From assembly GCA_964016885.1 (NCBI GenBank), contig OZ024742.1, positions 124,062,001-124,126,000 on the forward strand: 64,000 bases of DNA. The letters are read 5' to 3'. The stretch comes from Eledone cirrhosa (lineage: Eukaryota). The notes below the pieces were generated by a model. The model worked only from the letters and a program-made list of their open reading frames with translations. It had not been told where the DNA came from and ran no database searches. Shown here piece after piece: positions 56,640 through 64,000 of the stretch. The translations under genes and the position numbers were made by a program. Numbering within the stretch: position 1 is the stretch's first letter; every line of letters starts with the position of its first letter.

Positions 56640-57885
56640 GATATATTCCCAGCAATCTTCCAAAAATATGCAAGCGAACATTAACAATTCCACTGTAGAT
56701 CCTCTTCTAAAGATACCTTGCCCGCGGTAAACTACCAGGAAAACTAAAAGAAGTCATATATCCTACACAAAATGGAGGAATGAGACCGGATACTAAAAAC
56801 TACAGATCTCTCTCCCTGACTTTACATATCAGCAAAGAAATGGAACGAATCATCAGGAGGAAACTGATTGCTTTTCTAGAAGAAAACAGTCTTCCAAATG
56901 ATACCCAGCATAGCTTTCGCACGGGTAGAGGTTGCCTTTTCCAAGCTCCTGTAGAATTATTACTGAATACTCAAATAACTGCTAGACCGTTCCAAAGTGG
57001 ATGTGATATATTTTGTCTCTGCGAAAACCATCGACAACGTTGATTATGTCACAAACTATGTAGCATTAGCATAGCTGGAAAACTAGGTGTATAGTTCATG
57101 ACTTCTTAAAAGGCAGACTGTTGTTGCCGACGAATCGCTCTCAAAGTAAACGATAATAACAAGCCGTGTGCTCCAGGTAACCGTCTTGTGACCACTACTG
57201 TGTGTGGTGACACTCCCAGACTTGCCCTCTGTGATACGGACAGCCTCTCTCACATTTCATGCTGATGACAAGAAAGCAGTACATGGAATTAAGAGACCGG
57301 CTGATGCTATTCATATAAAACGAGATTTAGATCCCATATACGAATGGGCTGAAGTCAACAATGTGTAATATAATGCAGGTAAATTTTAATCCCACCGCTA
57401 TCAAGCCCACCGCAAAGATAGGACCGCCACAAGGAAGGTATAATAAACCAGGGGGAATCGAAACCACTGAGTCAAAATCAAAATAGCACCTGGGTTTGAC
57501 ATGAGCAAATATGCATCGTTTCATGCACTCATCCCCAAAATGTGCAGAAAACTGGCGGGTTAGACTCTGAGTATTTCGAACACAAGAGACCCGGAAACCA
57601 TGTTGGTCCGCTGGATGACGTTCGTCATCAGCCGAATGGACTATTGCTCTCAGCTGTGGTCGCCCCACAGTGTCAAACTAACTGCAGAACTTGAGCAATC
57701 CGACGAAGTTACACCAAAAGCATTGCCTCAATGATTGCCTCGAAGATTTACTCCCTGTAGTAAATACTGAAGATATACGCAGTATATGTATGGAAGATCC
57801 TGGAAGGATTAGCACCAAACATTGGCATTGAGGGTAGGACCAGCCCACGAATAGGACGCTACAGTATAGTGCCAAATGTCCAATC
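56640..57885 (+). mobile_element. Decayed CR1/Jockey-group LINE RT
   Basis: KNYRSLSLTLHISKEMERII...TQHSFRTGRGCL, SRVLQVTVL.PLL, FHADD, LDYCSQLWSP. Confidence 0.8.
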
Positions 57886-57962
57886 TTGTGTTTCTGCGCG
57901 CGCCCTTGTGTGTGTGTGTGCGTGTGCGTGTGTGTATATGTGTGTATGTGTGTGCGTGTGTA

Positions 57963-58003
<41 letters not shown>

Positions 58004-58979
58004 CTGAAAATAAAAGACAATGCACAAAATGTTATTGTTTATAAATTTGTGGCTAGTCGTAAATATATACTATATTTTTCGCTTCAAATATAACTATTTA
58101 TGCATTTCACATGAGTACTTCTGTAAATGAGGAGTATGTTAAATCATATCTATACTGAAGAACAAAGATCTACGTTTTCTCAAGTTTTCCATTTATTAAT
58201 CATAAAATATCAATGTCGGTTTGAGCAATGATCTATAAAATACCCCAATATATAACATCGGTTTCATACATAAATTCGTTTGGTGTAATCTTCTTATCAT
58301 ATAAATTTGTATCATAAAGATTCAACAGTTGAATGTTAACAGTATTATAACTAAAAAGAGCCGATGTGAACGAAATAGGTAAGTTTCGTATATTATTAAT
58401 CTTGCAGTTTAAATAGACCAGGAAAGAAACAATTATAAAATTTCCATTTTTGTTGTGATTCACCTCAACTTAAAGGCATCTCGGCTTTGGCTTTCGCATC
58501 AACGACGCTGAAAAATACTTGTGATCAACACTACGTGTTAACTGCGTGAAATCTTTTGTTCTTTTGTGTTGATCTCCGACACAGTATATTCAGATGAGGC
58601 AAATTCTTTCATGTAAAACAATATTTATTAAACGATCAAAGAAGAGTGACCATACACAAATATCGACAATATTTATCTTAACGCCGGAGGATTTTGTCAT
58701 CTAAAATCTCTGACGGAAAGGACTTCAAGTAGAAGAGTGGTCTCTAAAACTCTATGTGAATTTGCGTGCATATATATATACATATATACATATCCCCCCC
58801 CCCCCATATATATATATATATATCAAGCTTAAACCGGTATTAAACTAGTTAGACGATGATAAAACAGAGTACTCGATACTTCGAATAGTAGAGTGTTGAC
58901 AGCTGGAAGTCACTTTTGACATGGCAAAAGCTCAACCGACGTGCGCCGAAGGTTTCTAATATAAACATATATATATATG

Positions 58980-59029
<50 letters not shown>

Positions 59030-59497
59030 TATGTGGGTGGGTGTATGTTTGTGAGCGTGTGCCAATTTGTAGGTACGTGTGTGTGTATGTATGTACACAG
59101 TTTATGGGTGTATAGGGGTTTGTGTATCTGTATTGATCATATATGTATATATGTATCGGTACATGCATATGCTTTCATTTACATAAATGATTTAATTAAC
59201 TTGTGTATATATGATGGTCATTAGTTCAGATATTATATATAGTGTTCTAAAATTTAAAGTTACATGCTTCCTGAAATTAAATATAAGTAGAATTACTGAG
59301 ACGGAACCTAAGTTGAAATCCATACTGCAAATCTAGGTATAAACATAAACAATCAAATGATTAATCCCATGATCCCCAATCGGCATATAGTCACAATATA
59401 TTTCGACTGTATTGTACATGTTTTCATTTGACTATTCTAGCAGTACAATGTTTAAGACATCGTTAAATAGAATATGTAATTCATAGGTTTGAAACTC

Positions 59498-59500
<3 letters not shown>

Positions 59501-59574
<74 letters not shown>

Positions 59575-59577
59575 TCT

Positions 59578-59646
<69 letters not shown>

Positions 59647-59652
59647 TCTCCC

Positions 59653-59721
<69 letters not shown>
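59501..59721. repeat. Higher-order compound microsatellite [(CT)n(AT)n] x3
   Basis: Three blocks joined by the same cctctccc linker. Confidence 0.8.
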
Positions 59722-59725
<4 letters not shown>

Positions 59726-60271
59726 CGTTTGCATTGTATCGCCGTTCCACACGTTCGATTAAACATACATTTGTAAAGATATAAAACGAGAAATACGAAA
59801 TCGTTGCCCATAACTAACATTGGTTCACTGCCGATCTTTCTTAGCCATTAATGTTATGGAATTTAATATACGAGATACGTAAACTCATACCTTCAGTAAC
59901 GAAAATAAATAAATAGTATGAATCGATATTATGAATGTAATACGATTACTGGTATTTACGGCTAGAACGAAGATAAATTGAAAGATCTAGCGTTTGGAAA
60001 AGTTGTATGACTGGCCAACCACGGTTATTGAAGAAAAATAATTAATCCTTGTGATCAGCTCGAAGGGAATGAAACAAGGAAATCTAAATGTACACATTCT
60101 TCTGTTAGTGTTTCTGAGTGTGTAGAATCGTAAAGATAAATTACCTGACAACCTAATCACATATGTAAAATCATTGACACGCATTAACGCTATGCACCAA
60201 CCTCGAAATTAGAGGGAGCAAAATCATGCACCCTATCATCAATATTTGTTGCCATTGTATATTCAGTCTAA

Positions 60272-60487
60272 GGCGGTCGTTTGGCAGTATCGGTAGAGGG
60301 TCAGGCACCATGCTTTGCAGCATAGAGTTACGGCGCTTTATAATGTGAGTTCAAATCCCGCCGAGGTTAACTTTGCCTTTCATCCTTACGGGGTCGATAA
60401 AATAAATTACCGCTCACGTACCGGGATCGATTTAGTCGAATTTCCGCTACCCCAAAATTGATGGCTTTGTGCCTATATAAGAACCCA
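60272..60487 (+). mobile_element. SINE family A variant (longer 3' body), ~20-bp TSD
   Basis: A/B boxes; ccattgtatattca(g/a)tctaa at 60252-60271 and 60485-60504. Confidence 0.85.
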
Positions 60488-60734
60488 TTGTATATTCAAT
60501 CTAACATCTGCACCTAATATTGCAGAGACATAAAATTGCCTCTTCTGAGTAGTTTCGGCAAACAAGTTTCTATAACTCGTGAGGGAGTTGTAGGGGCGTC
60601 CCTAGGCTATTTATAAACATGGCAAAGGCCAGCACCTCTCCAGGTCTGAATACAGCAGATTCCTCACAGTAAAGGAGAGAGAATGAGAGAATGGAACTGA
60701 GATAAAGATATAGAGAAAAGTTCAACACCAGTAG

Positions 60735-60878
60735 CAGACTGTTACTTTTTAATCGACCTCAAACGGATGAAAGGCAATGTTGACGTTGGCGGGATTTAAA
60801 CTCAGGGAACAGATAGCGGAAAGGAATACCGTAAAGCGTTATATCTCACGTTCTAACGACACTACTAATTCGTCGCCT
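60735..60878 (-). mobile_element. Old SINE family A copy
   Basis: tttaatcgacc...ggatgaaaggcaatgttgac.ttggcgggatttaaactcag. Confidence 0.65.
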
Positions 60879-62568
60879 ATCTGGAATTTCTACCAGTGTC
60901 TTAATCTGACAAAAAGGTGTCTCTACATATTTAATCATGGATTAATGGATTATCATATCGTATATGTTTAACCATGTGTTATCTATATCCAAATGTTTAT
61001 ACATATACTTATCTACGTATGAGCGATTCTTTTTTGTCTAAGTATCGCTCATTCTCGCTCACATAATCTCTTTCTCTCCCTCTTCGTCTACTTTTCTCCC
61101 TATCTGTACCTCTCTCTCCTTCCCTCTTTCTTTCTGTATATATATATATAATATTCTCTTCTGTCGTCAATTTGTTTCTTTTAATCTCAGTAGGTTTCTA
61201 TGATCTGATTTTCCTTAAAAATCATATTTGTAATCTTGTATTTGAGTATAGGTGTTATGTCGATATTGATTTGTTCTTCTTCGGGGCAGAACTTGGACTT
61301 TTCATTAGTCTTTTCTGTTATATTCTCAGCACAACATTGCTGGCTAAAGAGATTGCAAGATATTTGACGTTTATTATTTGGTTCGTTCTATCCTTGCAAT
61401 TGTCGATTTAATTTGAAGATGTGCGTCATCCCTAGGACGTCGCTGTTTCTTTCGGAATATCCTGACTACAGTTACTTTTAATAGACGTATTCTAAGCTAT
61501 CTCTACAGCAATCTTGAAAATCATTAGATTGTATGTAATATTTGCTAGTTTTGTTAGGATTACTGTCCAAAGTTATTACACTGTATAACCGTATAACAAT
61601 CGTTTCTGTTTGTGCAACAATAAGTTGGTGCCCGCACTGCTGATTTCCTCCGTACAATCGGAAATACGACGGCTCCTTTGATGAGGGAGCTCCGGGAGGG
61701 AGCTTGATTGTGGTAGCGGATGTTAGTGGCCACTGACCGCGGGAATGCCTTTGCCATTTTGTCCACGGGGCAAAGGCGAGGCACCTCTCAGACGGATGCA
61801 GTGCTTGTCCAAATCTCTTCCTTTCTTTCGTTATTTCGTCCTTTTCTCTTTTTCTTCTTTTCATTTCCTCTTTTTTCTTTAATATATTTTGTTTTCTTTA
61901 TTAGTGTGCTTTGTATTTAATATACAATGTTCAATTATCTTTATGTTATCTATTCCCCTGTTTTTTGCTTTTAGTCCAGAGCACTGTGCTATAGATGAAC
62001 CACAATTTGGCTTACTGTTTCTTTATAGAGCCTTGCAGGATATGGGATATTGGCCGTGGGGGCCTTTTCTCTCCATTGTCACTTTAGTATATTTTATAAT
62101 TACATTTTAATTTTTCATTTATTTGATATTTTAGCATTTTTATTGTGTCACTTTTATTTCCTAATTTATCCCTTCCTTCTATATAGAAAAATTCCTTTTT
62201 TTTTATTGAGCTTTTTATTTGGTTATTTATTGCAATTACCTGAATTTCTCGAGAAGCATATAAGTATTTATTCCACTAGGAATGTTCTTATATATATTAC
62301 ACCTTATGTAGGGGATAGTTATAATCCTTCTACATTTGAATGGAGGAGGTGGTTTCGGTACAATGTCACTAGATTTTGTTCTATTTCATTTCTTTAATAT
62401 CTTTAATCTAAATGTTTCACCGTTTCGTTTTGTCATGTTAACGGTTTTAGTTTATACCTAATGTTACCACCATATCAACATACTCTAAATGTTATGTGAC
62501 ATTCAATTAATAATGAATGATGGCAATAACTACTGAATCAATTTTAAATAACAAAGATAACAATAGTA

Positions 62569-62622
<54 letters not shown>

Positions 62623-62645
62623 TAATAATAGTAATAATAATAATA

Positions 62646-62967
62646 ACGAGAGTGCAAGAGAAGGAGAGGGAGAAAATTAACCGATACCAGGACTTAAAGT
62701 GGGAGGTAAAAAGGATTTGGAACTGCCATGAAGTCAAAATGATCCCGATTGTCATAGGCGCACTGGGGACTATCTCAAAAGGTTTCCAGGGATGGTTAAA
62801 GAAAATCGGCCCCTTCACGCTTTTTGGAACGCTTCAAAAGGCATGCTTGCTGGGAACAGCAAGAACTGTCCGATACGTCCTGAATATCTGAGGCTGCAGG
62901 TAGTGGCTTGATATTCATTCCAACGGACTTTCCAGTTAACTAACATCAATGACTGTGATTCAAGGTA
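62646..62967 (+). mobile_element. R4/Dong-clade 3' fragment (REL-endonuclease C-terminus and 3' UTR) inside a (TAA)n tract
   Basis: EKEREKINRYQDLKWEVKRIW...IPIVIGALGT...LQKACLLGTARTVRYVL; (TAA)n on both sides, the known Dong target. Confidence 0.85.
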
Positions 62968-62998
<31 letters not shown>

Positions 62999-63004
62999 AA
63001 TAAT

Positions 63005-64000
63005 GATTTCATTTATTAGCCACAAGGGCCGACATGTAGGGGTCAATACAAAGACAAGTATCGTGGGGGTTTACAATAAGGTCGAGTAAAAGTGAACAAT
63101 GGCAAGACTAATTTAATTTAAAAAGGAAGATGTAAAAATATAGAATAAACTATGCATAAATATAACAAACTAAATTCCCCGATAGGGGGTAGACGACCCT
63201 GGGGTCTCTCACGTGCCCCACCAATCCTGAACCACCCTGCGCTTATAGGGTACCCAGGGAGAGCACCCCTCTCCTCAAGTTAGCTAGCCTATAGGCGCAT
63301 AGTCAGAGTAGGCCAATTCACACGGGCCATTTTCGCCACATTTCATCCACCTTTTAGCAAATGTACTGGGGGGCGGAGGGGGGGCATCACTTCTCTCTCG
63401 ACCCTCACCTTACTTTCCAGGTGAAACTTGAAGAAGTTGATGAGGGATTGACGAAGAGAAAAGTGTCTGTCTTCAGTCCTTTTAATCTGGTCCACCATAT
63501 AACCTCTTTCTCAACTGCCACCAGACAGAGGAAAATGTCTTGCTCTTCCTGACCTAAGGAATGCAGCGTGTCGATCTCCACTATGGACTCGGCCGATCGC
63601 CGGATTTGTTCCACAAGCGACAGTAGCTGTTCGACATAACACCACAAGTCAGTAATGCACGGACATTGGACAAGTGCGTGCAGAACGGTTTCGTCGTTCT
63701 GTGCGCATCTTGGGCAGGTCCGTCTGACAGCACTTTCGTGCCTGTAGTGTTTATCCCGAACCGGCAGTGCCCCCCGGTAGCACTGCCAAGCAAGGCATTT
63801 CTGGAAATGGTCCATCTTCCTCGGCTCGAAAGTCCTCCGGTACAGACTTGTCTGTTCGACTTCGTCGAGGCGCAAAGCTTCTCCGAGTGCGTCATCGCAC
63901 TTGCCCACCACTAATCCTCTATAGAACTCGAGAGGGGAAGTTGCACTGATCGCATTGCCCGCTTGGTAGAGGAGCCAGTCACCCAGTCTCGGTCTATTCT
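63005..64000 (-). mobile_element. Tx1/L1-group LINE C-terminal zinc-finger region and 3' UTR (runs off window)
   Basis: ORF 63405..63911: LAWQCYRGALPV...CPRC..NDETVLHALVQCP...LW; minus-strand AATAAA at ~63014-63019 just before the (TTA)n tract. Confidence 0.8.

Noticed and set aside
57260-57278. ctgatga...gaaa motif
   Set aside because: It is the coding sequence of the RT ADD motif and no stems form.
61172-62400. Short hydrophobic ORFs and a GC-richer patch at ~61620-61810
   Set aside because: T-rich compositional artefacts; possibly a decayed element but I cannot assign it.

Overview
AT-rich eukaryotic, repeat-dominated DNA with no recognisable host gene. The tRNA-derived SINEs and dense (TA)n/(CA)n/(CT)n microsatellites fit an octopod cephalopod genome (recognition from memory, not a database result). 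Most ORFs in the track are microsatellite artefacts. The real coding remnants are all decayed transposons: Penelope-like (PLE) RT/GIY-YIG, RTE, CR1-like, R4/Dong, Tx1-like, a hAT-related (hATm-like) transposase and a mariner fragment. The main hidden signal, read by hand, is RNA structure: about 20 type I hammerhead ribozyme (HHR) motifs from about 11 sequence families, mostly in short non-coding direct or inverted repeat modules bracketed by (TA)n. These include a 3 x 310-bp HHR tandem array (non-LTR retrozyme/circRNA-like) at 48383-49288 and a 123-bp palindrome with an HHR on each strand at 28641-28763. Recurrent unusual core features are a U.U at the base of stem II, a CAGAAGA or CCGACGA core, very long stem II inserts, and frequently one core-damaged arm per inverted pair. 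All folds were paired by eye; activity and novelty are untested.
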